A stretch of 64,000 bases of DNA from Botryllus schlosseri (GCA_051294905.1 CM119371.1:25608001-25672000); one strand, 5' to 3'; shown: positions 1 through 14,259, numbered from the stretch's first letter. Made by a program: numbers and translations. The notes: generated by a model from the letters alone, not told the origin.

Positions 1-109
1 CTACAAGCTGAGGGTATATCGCGCGGAGCGCGAAAAAATATTTGTGCAACCCTTCTGATGCTTTCACGTCCCCCAGTTCGAGAACCACTGCACTAAAATG
101 TATATGCAA

Positions 110-1178
110 CAGTGTTGGGACGACTCGAGTCATGACTTGACTCGAGTCAGACTCGAGTCACCTTTTTCGTATGACTTGACTTGACTCGAGTCACTTTGCT
201 AAAATGACTTGACTTGACTTGACTCGGCGTATAAAAATTGTGGATTGACTCGTGACTCGGAGCAAAATTCACGAGTCAATTTCAAGTCATCAAGTAATCG
301 GTGTCGATAAAAATCCCTGTATCTTGCATATGGTCGGACTGTTCGCTAAATGCTGGTGTAACCCGTGACAGCGACCAATCTTTCATTGATCGTGCGCTTT
401 GCTGAACCTCCATTGTTCTCTCACAAATAAATTGACCGCAAACGAAGTGATTGAATTTTACAGATTACGTTGTCGTAAACTAGTACAGTAGAGTAATTTA
501 ATAACAAAATGTCTATTTCTGTTCTCTGTTCTTTCCCTAACCAAACCTCATGTTTTATTGAAATTGAATTCAACTATAGTTAATACAGTCCTCATCCATT
601 AACGTAGGCTTGAATAGTATCATATCAATTTGTAAATGATAATGTATTGCATCTTATCAATTCGTTTCTCTATTCTCTATTTTGGCTGGTAGCTATAAAC
701 TGAGGCTGTGTAATTACTTACGTAGTTTAGCAGTTCTACGTATATGTCAGCGATACAGCACCTTATTGGGTGTATATTTAACTCTATATTCGCTCATTGG
801 TTCAGAATCAATGACCACCCAATCTGTATTTCAAGCAGATAGCAAAATGCAATGACGTAATCATGCCACATACTTCAAAAAGACAACTTGACTTGAATTG
901 TGACTTGACTCGTGACTTGACTTGACTTGACTTGACTCGACTTGACTCGACTTGACTCGACTTGACTCGACTTGACTCGACTTGACTCGACTTGACTCGA
1001 CTTGACTCGACTTGACTCGACTTGACTCGACTTGACTCGAGTCACCTCCAAAAATTGAGTGACTTGACTTGACTCGATTCACTTCCGAAAATCGATTGAC
1101 TTGACTTGACTCGAGTCAAAATCTGCAATGACTCGAGATGACTCGTGATTCGAAGGTAGTGACTTGATCCCAACACTG
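110..1178. mobile_element. Non-autonomous hAT element (MITE family A, copy 1)
   Basis: TIR CAGTGTTGGGA...TCCCAACACTG; exact 8-bp TSD ATATGCAA (102-109, 1179-1186); GACTT/GACTC subterminal repeats; no transposase. Confidence 0.9.
886..1040. repeat. (GACTT/GACTC)n pentamer array inside MITE
   Basis: Tandem GACTT/GACTC units read directly; source of the spurious 861..1082 ORF. Confidence 0.95.
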
Positions 1179-2043
1179 ATATGCAATAGTATAAAGCTTA
1201 TTTTCTTGGTCTCTGCCTTCCGAGGAGTGTGCAGCTTAAATATAGCCTTTATATTGAGCGAAGCTTTTAGTTTTTCTGAACTTCGCCCTCCCTTGACCGA
1301 GTGCTTCGTGGTTTTGTCATAATACTGACTCAGGTATGCGACTATTTAGTGCTCTAAATCCTAAACCTAACTGCCGAAGTCTGTAAACCTCGATTGGTCG
1401 TATCGTACCTTCTTTGAGTTTTAGTTTTCGGCTTTCTTTTTTTGGCATGCCCGTTAATCATTTATGCGTGATAGATATGATAGATAGTAATATAGATAGT
1501 AATCGCGAGCACTGATTGACTTGTTTTACGAATTAGGGATTTGTTGACCACATTTGAACCACATACCGTATAATGCGTAATGTGACAATGGCATCAAGGA
1601 AGGTTTGAACTAAACTATATGGAAAAAGTGATTTCTTGTGACTTAAATTGCTGCTCATCCTTTGCCACATTGCCTTTATTTTAAATCTGGATTACGCATG
1701 CCAAGTATGTAGGCAGCGTAATCGTGGCATATTAATGAACAGGCTTCAAAGTAAACGAATTTCCTGTTCATTTGATACAGCCTATGGTTTTAGTCATTCA
1801 AACAGCAAACGTTATGTTTTGAATTCCAAGCAACCTTTCGCGGGCCGCACAGAACATAGCTTCGCGGGCCGCACTTTGCCCAGGTCTGCATTAGGCTCAC
1901 CATCAAATGCAACAGTTTCAACGTATTATACTCAGCTATATGTTCAGAGAAAATGATCATCAGGGGTTGTCATTAATGACTTTTTGAAGTACTCAAGTAG
2001 ATTATGCGAGCTTGCACTATACTGAGTTATATTGTTTCATTTC

Positions 2044-3627
2044 CAATTTCAGGTAACGAAAAAGCAGACGAATTAGCCCGAGTAGGCTCGTCAACGCAAG
2101 ATCAATCGAGCCAAAGCCAAATCATTACCGTGCCAGACGCCAAAGCCGCGATGAAGAGAGTTACCCAGGAGATCTGGCAATGCGAATTATATATATATAT
2201 ATCGACTTTTCAATTAGATAAAATAAAAAAGGGCAAAAGAAAACAGGAGACAAAAAAAAACATCGAGATAATCAGTTTTGGGCTCGTGTTAAGCGTCTCC
2301 AACTTGGGCGGTCGTGGGCGTCTTCAAGCGACAGCCCGCGTTGCGCTAGATCAGTCTCCATTGTCGAGCGCCATGTTCTCCGATTCCAGCCACCTCTGCG
2401 CCATGGCTCCGTGGGAATGTGATTAATGATGGCGGCGGCTGGTTGCTCGTCTTGATGCCGCACTAGATGGCCGATTAGGCGGAAGCGTCGTTCAGCTGCC
2501 AGTAGACGGCATGGGACCGTTCCTGTGATTTCTCGCAATGCGTTCGTGGATATATGCTCCGGATGGTGAATGCCGAGTGCATAGCGGAGGAGTGCGTCAT
2601 AGTTAGCGTTGAGCGTCTTAGCCAGCTTCTCTGTCAGCGTGAGTGCCTCTATTCCGTAGAGAAGAACCTGCTCGACAGTGGCACGGAAGATGCGGGTCTT
2701 GAGCTGGGTTGAGGCACTTGAATGGAAGAGGCTATGTAGCCGTCTTGCCGCGCCCCAGGCCTTTGCTCGCCTCGCCTTGAGCGCTTTTCCAGAGTCAGCG
2801 ACGTCTATACCGAGGTATACAAAACTCGTTGCATACTTGAGATCGATATCTCCCAGTCGAATTGGTGTCGCGTTCTTCGGTAGAGCTGGTATGGCCAGAA
2901 CCTCAGTCTTCTTAGCGTTGATCTGGAGGCCAACAAGAGCGGCGGCGGCCTCTAGCTGGTTAATGAGGCGCTGTGCCGATGCGGTGTTCGGGGCAAGCAG
3001 GGCTAGGTCGTCTGCGTAGGCAAGAATACCTACGTGGATTGCCTCGCGAGTCGTACGCGTGCGCGTTCCTTGCCGTGGCCGCCATTCAAAGAAGTTCGTA
3101 GTATCCGGGAAGGCCGTTCGTAGCACGAAGTCAAGTCAAGTCAAGTCAAGTCTGCGAAGTCAAGTCTGCGAATACTCTGCCGATGAACGGGGATCCCACT
3201 ACAAGCAATTCCACAGCACACTCACAACAGGACCCAAGAAAAACGGCAGTCGCCATATCGAACGCCTGATATTTCGACTACGGTCAGAACACTGTGGAAT
3301 TGCATCCCATTTATTCAGAATCGGCTGCTCGGACTCTCCGATGTGCGAAGAATACGATGTCATCGAAACAGTCGAACACTTTTTCATATCGTGCATTAAA
3401 TACGACTTTCATCGATCATTTTTAATAACCTATTGCAATCAGTTACATGTACCGTTCACCATACGCAACCTACTCTCGTCATCGCAATTGTCCACCGCCG
3501 TCGCTGAGTTCGTGATAAGTTGTAATAAATTCATTTAGTTACTGCTTGATTTGAGTTTCCTGACGACCGTGGCGCACAAGGCCATAAATGGCGAAATGCA
3601 CCACTCATGTTTGTGATAATAATAATA
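2044..3627 (+). mobile_element. 5'-truncated I-group LINE (RNase H end + CCHC), split by an RTE insertion
   Basis: GNEKADELA RNase H motif; RLRSEHC...SHLFRIG...C...ETVEHFFISC C-terminus; frame rejoins as IWQCEYSADERG after removing 2188-3166; (TAA)n tail; 15-bp TSD ATATTGTT(T/G)CATTTC at 2029-2043 and 3628-3642. Confidence 0.85.
2188..3166 (-). mobile_element. 5'-truncated RTE-like LINE (RT YADD to C-terminus)
   Basis: ORF 2272..3126: LAYADDLAL, GLQINAKKTEV, FVYLG, LLYGIE, RFRLIGHLVR, DRPSWR; (TA)n tail; 7-bp TSD TGCGAAT at 2181-2187 and 3167-3173. Confidence 0.85.
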
Positions 3628-5684
3628 ATATTGTTGCATTTCAAGCTATTTACTTTTTACAATTCGGATTATGAACCGGAAGATAGTTTCGTGATAAGTT
3701 TGCCTCACTATAATATGTGAAATCCCCATAAGAAATAGCAGTCATACGAAATGCCGAATATATTTCATCGGCGAACTATGTCTCTCGATACCTTTACCGT
3801 ACCGCATGAGCCTTGAGGCTCATTTGCTTGTATCATATGCTTTAATGTAAAACATGAGCACTATAATGCTGAGCAAACTAACGGCAAGAATATTTATGGG
3901 AAGAAATTATTAAACTTCGTTAATGGTCGGACCGCTATAAAAATTACGATGTAGTTATGGAATTCATAGTCATATAATTTATTTTCAATTGCCGCTGTCT
4001 AAATACTCATTTGAATGTTAATTTTCTTTTGAAGGCCATGCAGACATTAGTATTTATTGGATTAACATCTGGATTAGAGTAGAAGTAAGAATCCTGCAAA
4101 ACTATTTTTAAATTATTTTTCGTACCGAATAATCATAATTCACTCGATTGCAATATAAGTCTCATTGGAATCGATACGTGTGCGATTTCCCCTTGAATAC
4201 CTTTTCCAACTGGAATCCCCTTCTCATATTCATAACTAAAAGACCCTAATACATCTTTCTGCAGTGTAGCTTAGTAGCACCGTTTTGTAGGCCTACTAAT
4301 ACTTTTCAAACATTCAGAAAGGTCACACGGCTTCGTATGTACCATGAATAATCAGGTGAACTCAATTTAAGGCTTTATGCCAGCAGTATCAAACTCTTCT
4401 CAGGTCGCAGGCCGGATTCAAATTGCCGGCATGACCAGTCAAATGATTCCAAAATGGTCTCTTTAACTCCACATCCCTATTTTCACTTATCACGCCCCCA
4501 TGTACATAATAGTACGTTACATTATATCACCGATCAAAGGGACTCTGTAGCAGCATCTTTATTCGCAAACAACGGAATTCGCAAAAATGTGATAGCTGGA
4601 CGGCTGAATACAGTTGTAAAACACTGGATAAAATATGGCCTCTAACGACGATACAAGTTAGCATATTTCCATACCCAGTTGTTTCAGTCGTGATGTGGCG
4701 TTTGTCCTGCGTATGCGTTTTGAGCAATACGAGAGATTTAACCGATAGACTTGGACGTTGGTATTTCATTCATTATTGAAAATCCCCATTCGGTTTTCTC
4801 TGCGAATCGGTGACCTTTTGAGTCAGAAGTAGCACACCAGTGCGACAGCATAGATTTGAATTAGGCCTATATTCTTTGTGTAGCGATTATATTACCCATG
4901 TAACCTGTATATAACGGTTTAGCATTGGCATTCTCGATTCACTGAATACCAACATTTAGGCTCAATGAGCACCTTTTTGCCTTCTCGGATTTAGGTGTAT
5001 CAATGTCTGTGACTTGTTTCTAATTGTGACTAAGATGGAACCGCAACACTGATCTTGGAAGTATGCATTGTGGCCTATTCACACATTCGACGTATGCCGA
5101 ATAGGGGGATTATTGTTTTATTAAACTCCAAATCTCAACATTTGTTAGGAATGTGCCGGATAATAAAAGCAGTTGTCCATCCACTCGAAATTGCTTCGCT
5201 GGTCGGATGAAATCGTCTGTCGCACCTAATGTTTGACACCCCTGCTCTAGGCCGCTCATCACCGGTGCTAAGCGCTATGATTCGCGTACTTTCATCCGAA
5301 TTAAGCATTACTTGTTCTTATTCGAGCCCTTTCCCCACTATCACCGAATCAACGAGAACTATGTTTTCGAAACTTTCCCTCAACGTCGCTATGTCCCGAA
5401 ACAACGAATTGTCGCACCGCAGCATCCAAACTAACACGTCGGTGGAAAAGATATTTCTATCGCATATCTGATGAACCTATAATATTGCATCAAAGTACAA
5501 TTGAATAGGTATGATGAATAAAATTATTTTGATTGTGTTTTTAAAAATTCATACACACATATATATATCCACGCATGTTTCCATATCATCCATAATGAAA
5601 TGAAGAGATGAGTAGAGTGATGCTCTGATGCTTTATTCGGAATCGTAACCGGCTAGTAATCTAATTTGCACAACCCTATGTCAC

Positions 5685-6117
5685 CTGCAATGTCGGACTC
5701 CGTCGCAGTACTTCATGATGTTAATACATTGACTTTCGTTTCTGCATTCGAACTCAAGTTCCCCACATCTTCGTCCTGAAATCATATTGTGAGAATATCA
5801 ATACCTCCGAATTTTGAAGAATCATATTTTAATCTGGAATAACCGACCAAAATAGTTGCAATTGTGAGGTTCGTATTCCACGAGGCCTGGTCAGGGGCTG
5901 CCGTAGCAGAGAATATATTTGAAGCAAACAGACAAAAGATAAATACACGTACACATTTACGAAGGATTAGGGCAACTATATATATAGTAACACGTAATCA
6001 CGCAATTTTGGATTTCTATAACTATAGTGAGCGATTATCACACATGCAATAACACTTACCTTGTACGCTTGAAACAGCTATGATCAAGGCGAAGTCGAAA
6101 AAATACATCGACGACAT
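5685..6117 (-). CDS. Two exons (6117-6060, 5775-5685): signal peptide + LDL-receptor class A module; 3' part not resolved
   Basis: MSSMYFFDFALIIAVSSVQ G|gtaagt joins in phase 1 to tttcag|RRCGELEFECRNESQCINIMKYCDGVRHC, matching LDLa Cys spacing and CDG motif. Confidence 0.65.
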
Positions 6118-7899
6118 CACTGTGTAAAACGAACGCTAGTGACGTCACTGAGAGGGTCTCGGAGACGAAAAACCCAGAAGCTGGGGCTTGGTCAGAAAAA
6201 TATCTATCGACCGTAATACACCTGGCGGTTAAGAGGTTGTTACAATCCGTAATAATTTATTCGTTGTTATACCGTAAAAGCACATCAAGATGTTGAAATG
6301 CACATTTGTTGATAGTAGCGTTAGCCTATGCTTCGTTATTATATTTCCAATAACCAAGGTTTATTGCGTACTTAAAATTTCATAAAGAGCTTATGTTATC
6401 TGCATGCAATATTTGACAAAATGTTTGGTGGTATAGTATAGTCAGAGGTAATGCTAGTCTAATTCACAACGGGAGAATACGTCCAAATCCCCAGTTTACA
6501 AACGTGTGTAGTGGATTTCACCTTTATGTCAACATTAGCTAATTCGCCCACTTCTAAAAGCTTTTGATTATTTCCTTCTACGGAAATTGTTCAAATACAA
6601 TATGAAACAGTAAGACCTCTTGAATTATCAATCCACGTTACCTTACACGTCAGGGGAATGTTTGCTCAAAAGTAAGGTTTTTGAAATTTGTTCATAGCTT
6701 TCGATTAAAATTTCCCAATTATGCTGCCGACGCCAGGTATGATACTTGACTGTCATAGATAATCGGAACACCGGTTACCTACGAAATTGCACCTGAATAT
6801 TTCAGACAGATCACATACTATGCCATGAGTAATAAGATAAATTTAAACTTTTTCTGTACATACGCGATATACGATGATTCAGTGCATAACATGATCTTAA
6901 TAATTCCACACAAAATATTAGAACTGTGTGTGACGTTCTAAAACTTCGCAATCAATCGTTTCTGCATTGAACACTAGCTTAAAACACATCAAAACTCATA
7001 ACTGAATGATTCCTAGAATAGTCCTACCTAAATATAGCCGAACTGGCTCAGTGAAACCGAAACTCCAGCAACAGATGGAAATCTTGAGAAAATATCTTAC
7101 CCCTTGCCATTATAAATAAATAAAATACAACTAAATCCGGCCACTTCTGGCAACGCGCTAATATTGAAATATGTAGGGCCTGCCCAAGATCTAATGGTTC
7201 GCGATTCTAGACGAATTTATTTCAAATTCATACCTAACAAAGGCGTAAACATCTCCCTTTGCTTTGAGGATGTGACCATTGATAAAAATTAATCAGTGAT
7301 CAAGTTACAACACATTGAAAAAGGGTAGGGATTTGTAGGACATGAATTCGAGTTTTCCACAAATCACTATACCATTCACAAACTCGTTTAGAAACCGAGC
7401 AATCATTTCCCCTTCATTGATATCGGTTTTGAACCAGGGACCCATAGACGCATAGCTTGCATTTTGCCAATAACAATGGACCATTGCAGTGGCATTGACC
7501 AGCTACGGAACCTATGCGAATTAGCACAATACATGGCTTGATATTCCAGATGTCAAACTATTGAAAGAACGGAAGAAGTGTTATAATACAATACACGGAT
7601 GCTATATTTCCAAACAGTAACATTCGTGAATGCAATCTATAGACTATGCACCAACTTCTCATTGATTTCATGAAGCTCGTATCTTTAGTTTACATTTGAC
7701 TAATATTGCCTATATTTGCTACATATGGGCCAACAGCTAAAACAAATACAATTTAGATTTAGTAACTTAACGATCCACTTCTCTCTATTCAACCCTATAA
7801 TTATATTGATTTTAACAGGAAGTCAGCGTGATATCTTTTACATGCTGTAAAATAAACTAACATGGACAATGTATCGTAATCTAAACAGCATGAAACAAA

Positions 7900-8056
7900 G
7901 TGGCCAGATGGCGAAGTGGTATGATCTACAGTTACAGAACCATTGGGTTAGGGGTCCGACTAAGGTCGACTCCCTAATTTCTGCCTTGTGTAGGTTTATC
8001 TAGGCTCCTCCTCGCCGTCTTATCCGCGTCAGTGGCGTCTTATAAGATGCCTAGCA
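7900..8056 (+). mobile_element. tRNA-derived SINE-like repeat
   Basis: A-box-like TGGCGAAGTGG, degenerate B-box, shared core AGGTCGACTC...GTAGGTTTATCTAG...GCCTAGCA also seen at ~14260-14411, ~19831-19970 and partially at ~33425-33520, ~34460-34550. Confidence 0.65.
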
Positions 8057-9049
8057 CATACAGAATCATATTAAAAAATATCGGCCTGCTGTAAATAGCC
8101 ATTGTAGTAGAAAACGCAGTAATTGCCATTGAAACAACAAGAACCACTCCAAGCATTAACTGATATTTTTAATTTATCTACTTGAAGAGCTTTTTAATAC
8201 TGACTGTCATCGGTGTCGAACTAACTGTTACCATTGCGAACCCCGACCTCTTCTACGTACGCCACAGGACGCCTCGTATCACAACAATTACAGTTCGCAT
8301 ACAGATCGCGCGTAATTCCCCGATGGACATGAGGGTCAAGGTCGGCGTATCATCAAGAATCGTATGAGTAAGATGTGTGTCTTGACCTGCGGCAAACTGG
8401 CAGCACTTTTCCTGTGATCAAACAAAAAAAAATACGTAAAATTTCCAAGACAGCTTTACTTTCTTGTTTGCATTGTAATATAAGTGGTACTTGTGTACTC
8501 GAGTTTATTACTCGGGTGGAATTCGAACATACCAGGCACTCGATCTGGTCCAGGCTTAATTATGACATGGAATCAAACTAAATTGTTAAAGATTCACGGC
8601 GAAACACGCTAGTTATTTACAAACCAGAGCTAAATCGACGAAAGTAGTACTATATAGTTTGAAAATTTTAGATAAAAGCGTTGACATAAGTAACGGTTGG
8701 TGGTCAAAATACTTATCTGCGCTAGATTCACAACTAATAAACCGTTGTGTCTTCGATGGGTAAAATCATGGTATTTGGTAAAATGTTCATTTCGAATCTT
8801 CAGTTCTATTTTCCAGTACAATGCCGTTCGTCAAGTTTTCATTAAATACATTTTCGCATGATGCATATGACATTACATGAGAAAGTATATACCACATTCG
8901 CAGAATTTAAAAAAGTTCATGTACGTGATTTTCCGCTGGTATCTGATTTGTATGGAATTATTAATTAGTGACAGTCTCTATTTCCTAGTGTGACTTGCTT
9001 TCATACTTATACCATGTGTTCCGCGATCTGCACTAACTAATGTCTATCT

Positions 9050-9428
9050 CAGTGGTTCCCAACGTGGGCGATATCGCCCCCCAGGGGGCGATTTGGCGAT
9101 CTAGGGGGGCGGAAATGACGAAGGGGGCGACAGGGGGTGAAAATGGACAAACGGGGGCCACGGGGGGGGGGCGAAAACAGCGAAGGGGGCGATAGGGGGG
9201 CGATGACGCGTCAAAACGGCTGACCCTTTTTTTTAGTCAACCCACAGAAATTTAGTTACAAAAGTGTGTTAAATTAGATATCGAGCTGAAAATTTGACCT
9301 TTTTTTAAGTCAACCCGCCGGTGATTACAGTTTGTATGCCCAATTTTCGGTACACAAAATTTGGGGGGCGATGATCGGTGTTGACCTTGAAAAGGGGGCG
9401 ATAGGTCGAAAAATGTTGGGAACCACTG
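9050..9428. mobile_element. hAT (Buster/Charlie-like) MITE
   Basis: TIR CAGTGGTTCCCAAC...GTTGGGAACCACTG; exact TSD GTCTATCT; GGGGGCGA subterminal repeats. Confidence 0.9.
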
Positions 9429-9654
9429 GTCTATCTGTTATCTGAAATCAATCATATAATTATCTCCTTTACGAGCGATGGCAGTTGTTTGGGCTCAGCA
9501 GCATTGGATTCGCATTGGAGCTTCGTTGTATATGATAACAATTTCTTACAACGGCATACTGATACAACTAAACAATAGAACGTATGGCTCGTGATATCTA
9601 GGGGATGAATAGAACTTCCTATGCGGTGCTGTTGTTACTGTTCGTGGTATTCAT

Positions 9655-12600
9655 CAAGGCATGGTATGGTATGGAATGGGAATTTTCCATACTCCATACC
9701 CGCTCAATCGCTCCATACCATACTTGACAATTTTCCATGCCATAGCAACATTTTTCCATACCATATTTGATACTTTTTTCATACTTTCGCGACTAGCCCA
9801 ATTTCTCAAGTGATATGCTATTTTGATGTGTAAAAATGTTTCGGCGTTTATATTCTAATTATTTTAGATGAAATTACTGACTTAAATAGCCCTGATGCAC
9901 CAAACCAATAATATCCTCCGTATATTTATACCATATGTCGGCAGAGATGTAGGTTGCCTAATCATCGAAGACAGGACATATAGCCTAATATATACACAGG
10001 GGATTATTTGGGAATCACAACAGAATCTTAAGACATGTAAATCTAGTGTGGTAACGCACTGCTAGCTGAAACATAATCTACAACATTACATGAACAAAGG
10101 TATCGTCAAATTATAAAATAGGTTCCAAATCGTTTATCTTCACTCAACACAACCTGACATCGATATTTCCGCCTTTTAAAGTCGCTCCTCCTATAGAATT
10201 TGGCAAGGCTTTGGTTTGTAAGGACTTTGCTATTGGTGAAAGTTAGGACTCGCAGAATTGAACAGCACGCAATATAAAATTAATGAGCAATGAACTGGTA
10301 ACCGTACACGCAATATTGCGCCTCCGTAAAATGTGTATGTCAGGTAAGCCGACAAAAAAATGGTAAGGGTTTGCAATTTTTCCAAATGTACCAAGGTAGC
10401 ATCCATTTACTTGTGTAAAAGCCGAATATAATGCATGGGTCAGATAAACTTCCTGGTATTGACTAACTTGTGCGTATGCTAGATATAAGCCGCCATAAGC
10501 TACACTTTCGCACGCTACTATAACTCGAACAGAAAGAAATGTGATATTTCATCAATAACTAGCCCGGCTATATGCTATCAATTAGCGATTACACGATCTC
10601 CCGTGAATACATGTTCATAACTATATGAATTCTTATCATCATGAATCAGGTGATTTCAACCACACCATTTCGCATACGAATGAATATCAACCTAAATGAG
10701 GGAGATCGCGTACCGCTGTCCAAAATCGATTCTCGCTTTTCGTCGAAGAAGCCATATTTACGCTATATTTTCAATTGTCAATGCAAATCCAATGTAACGT
10801 CAAAATTTGAGATTCGTGACATCATGGCTACAAGAACCAATGAAAAACAATGAAAGCATGTTTTAAACAACGGTATTTGATTCAAATGCAATCCTACACT
10901 ATTATACTTACTCGAATGGTTACGTTTTTGAATATTTTCATTTCTCTGCTCATTTTTTCGACTTCGAATTATGCACCGTACAAAATTGTTTTATGATATG
11001 CTTCCATTACGGTTTTGAGTAAAATTGTCATATAGATTGGACGAAATGCATTCAAGTAAGTAGGTTGACAATATTCTGTGATGAGACATACTTTAATTGA
11101 TTTGGATATGACCGCGGATATCCGCTCGGCCGTACTCAAGATTTGCCTGTAACAAGCTACCGTGTAATGTATTATCAAAAATTGCATAATTTCGTTCATT
11201 CAGTCATTTTGCGTTGGTCACGAAGATGCACCCTGCAGTTACATCTGGTTAACTGCTTGACGTATCCGACCACTCGATCAAATCTACCTTTTCATCCTAC
11301 CTATTTGATTACTTTTCTGATCTTCATTTTAGACATCCACTTGATATATAGTTGTTATATACCTTGTAAATCGCGACTTCAACCAGTAATTGAGTGTAAT
11401 TGAGCGTTAGTTCTACTTCTACGTGATTACAAACGACCACTACTTTGAACACGTCTGGCCGGAGGGCGCCAATAGATGACAGATACTGAAACGTGGCGCT
11501 GGTCATAGCTGCCATATGGAATGATTATCCTTTGCATCACATAAGCTCGAACTCTTATGTTGTTGAAAATCTGTACCACCCGGGATGTAACAGCATGAAC
11601 GCAGCTTCCTGCACCTTTCGCATTGATCACGTAGGAATACAATTCGTGGCTTATGACCTATAGCAGTGGTCGGGAACCTTTTTTGTCCGAGGAGCCATAT
11701 CTGACCTATATTTTCCATTTTAACTCCAAAAGAGCCATGCATGCAAATATCCTGCTACGTCACAATTAAAAATTTGTGACGTCATGGTAGCACTAATTCG
11801 AACTCACTACATAGGATTTGTCGAGTGCGCCACATTTTTCCCGAAAATACTGGTATTTTTACTGTTCGAAAATATAGCTCGGAACGAGAGTTAAGGTTCA
11901 CACGGGCCAAGCCTCACTATTCTTGACGCAATCCATCGAAAATAGCTTAGAATTCATTGCAACTGATAATTATCAAATGTAGTTGTCACACTGATTTCGA
12001 GAATTTAAATACTGATCGACTTCTCAATTCCCGGCGGTATCATAACGTTGCGCTGCACGGCTACATTTTATCGCTGGTAGGCCTACTACAGAGCTATACT
12101 TGCCAATCAAGGACGTGGATAGCTATGGCGTTGTTTGTAATTCAGGTTTGTAATTGTGAATGTCACGTCCACGGCAGTTTATTTCGCACCGTAGATCAGG
12201 ATGACAATGTGTTTTCGAAAACTGCATTGTGATATGGGTTTTACCAGCATGTCTGCTATGCTGTTGGATTATAATTAACAACGTGTCGCACAATCCAAGA
12301 TTTCGAGTCTGGTATATAAAATTCGCGACAGATATTGGTCGCCGGCGCGACAGTAACTTAAATTTGAGGATTTTCAAAAGGGTGGGTCCGAGCCCCTAAA
12401 CTGAAGACGGCATTATCTTTGCCTCTCAAGGACGTGTATAATTGTTTATACGGCCACGAGGATAATTATTCTGGACGTGATGGAAATTTACTAACAAGTC
12501 GCCGGAATATTGATCAATTCAGTACAAAATTAAATATTTGGCAAAGAGCCATATTTTATACCCAAAAGAGCCATATATGGCTCGCGAGCCATACGTTCCC

Positions 12601-14154
12601 GACCGCAACCTATAGATTGAGTACATGCATTCGGCGTCAGACCGTATGCAATCACAACAACCCTTACTAAGATTAAGAAAAGATACATCATGGGAGGAAG
12701 AAGGGAAAGAAGAAGGAAAATAAATTGCCACGCAAATCAGTCTTGAATAACCTCGGACTGGATGACTCAAACTATGTTCGACTTTCATCCAGCATTTACA
12801 GACTGGGACTGTGATCTCTCTGCAAAGTTGGTATATCTTAGCGTACGAGCGGCGTCAAGCGATACTAGAAATATTTCTCAGAATTGCAAATATAGATACA
12901 GTAAAAGCAGTACTTTGAGCGTACCTTCTGCGGTATGGTACCCATATTAAAATCCAGAACTCTGGTGAGGCTGAATCACACGAAGTACGAAAATATCTCA
13001 AGGTGAATATAAAAAATACGAGCCCAAACTGTATGCTATACTTTATGTAGATTTACGAAATAATTTTTGGGCCCCTGCGGGCATCGAGTGTGATTTCGAA
13101 AATAAATCTGAATAAATGAGGGATCGCGTGCCGCTGTCCACAATCGATTCTTGCTAATTAGAGGAAGTGATAATACGAATTGCCGAATTGCAAATTGGCT
13201 AAGAAATATTAAAGATACGATCGGCATTTCATACAGACGTTTCATAAACGAGGCTAATAATAATGTAAATAATTATTTTTCTAAGTGAGTCTAACCCCAA
13301 CCGGAGGTCCCTAAATACCTCACGAGTGGAAAACAAGTTGGAAATTCCTCGCTTGCTTAGGTTATATCTTAAAATATAATTTTACTACAATCATTTTGCG
13401 ACAGCTGATCATATGTCCATTTCCCAGCCAATCTGCGTATCACACTCATTAGCTTCATTAGCCAACATCAGGGTGTTCACTGTCCATGATGACAGAGATA
13501 ACCAGATTTCATGAAGATGTACTGCGTGTTGTAGGCCGGCATGCCATAACGTCGCCCCAAGACGAGCTATATATTTTTGAAATACAATGATGGATATGTC
13601 AAATTGATGTTGCGTGATAATAATCCTCCAAAAGCGCAGAAAATTATCCCCAAGTTCAACAAATAGGTAATAATGTTCATATGACTCCCACATTCTCAGA
13701 GTCTACGATTTTAAAACTCTGTTGGTTGTGTACATAGTGGAAGTACGACAAGCAAAATATAGTTTGTAACGCGATAGCGGTCGAATGGCATTAGTTTTTA
13801 TTGGAATAATAATGATGAATAATATCAATATCAATTATATGTGCTAGTTGCGCAACTTTGTTGTGTTCAAATAGATGACGACCAGGTTGGGTGAGTCATG
13901 AATCACAATTTTAAATTTGAACATTGAACATAGACAGTGAGCGATTTTCTTTGGTATGCAATAAATTTGACAAATCGAAAGTAGGATCATTGTCATGGTT
14001 CTGGCAAAACTATCAAAGTATGGAAAAAGTATGGAAGTATGAAAAAAACGTTCCATACCATACTTAGGAAACTTTCATACCATACCATACCATACTTGCA
14101 CTCTTCCCCATTCTATCTATACCATACCATACTTCCATACCATATCATGCCCTG
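9655..14154. mobile_element. Non-autonomous hAT element with (ATACC)n subterminal repeats and nested insertions
   Basis: Ends CAAGGCATGGTATGG / CCATATCATGCCCTG; TSD GTATTCAT/GTATTCTT (7/8). Confidence 0.7.
11664..12607. mobile_element. hAT MITE family B, copy 1
   Basis: CAGTGGTCGGGAAC...GTTCCCGACC; TSD ACCTATAG both sides; inverted homolog at 38607-39750. Confidence 0.85.
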
Positions 14155-14259
14155 GTATTCTTGGCGTTTGACGACTACTATGGTAATTTCCAGCAGACCA
14201 ATTCCCTTCATTTTTTATTCTATAGCTTCCAACTTCTAGCACGGCCCACTTTTCGGCTT

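Noticed and set aside
861..1082. SSQVESSRVK repeat ORF
   Set aside because: Translation of the pentamer array within a MITE.
3556..3605. CTGACGA...GAAA resembling a hammerhead core
   Set aside because: No valid stem I/III or UH site; region matches the LINE 3' stem-loop also seen at ~50675-50715.
7900..7975. Possible tRNA gene
   Set aside because: No cloverleaf; continues into a dispersed repeat body, so treated as a SINE head.
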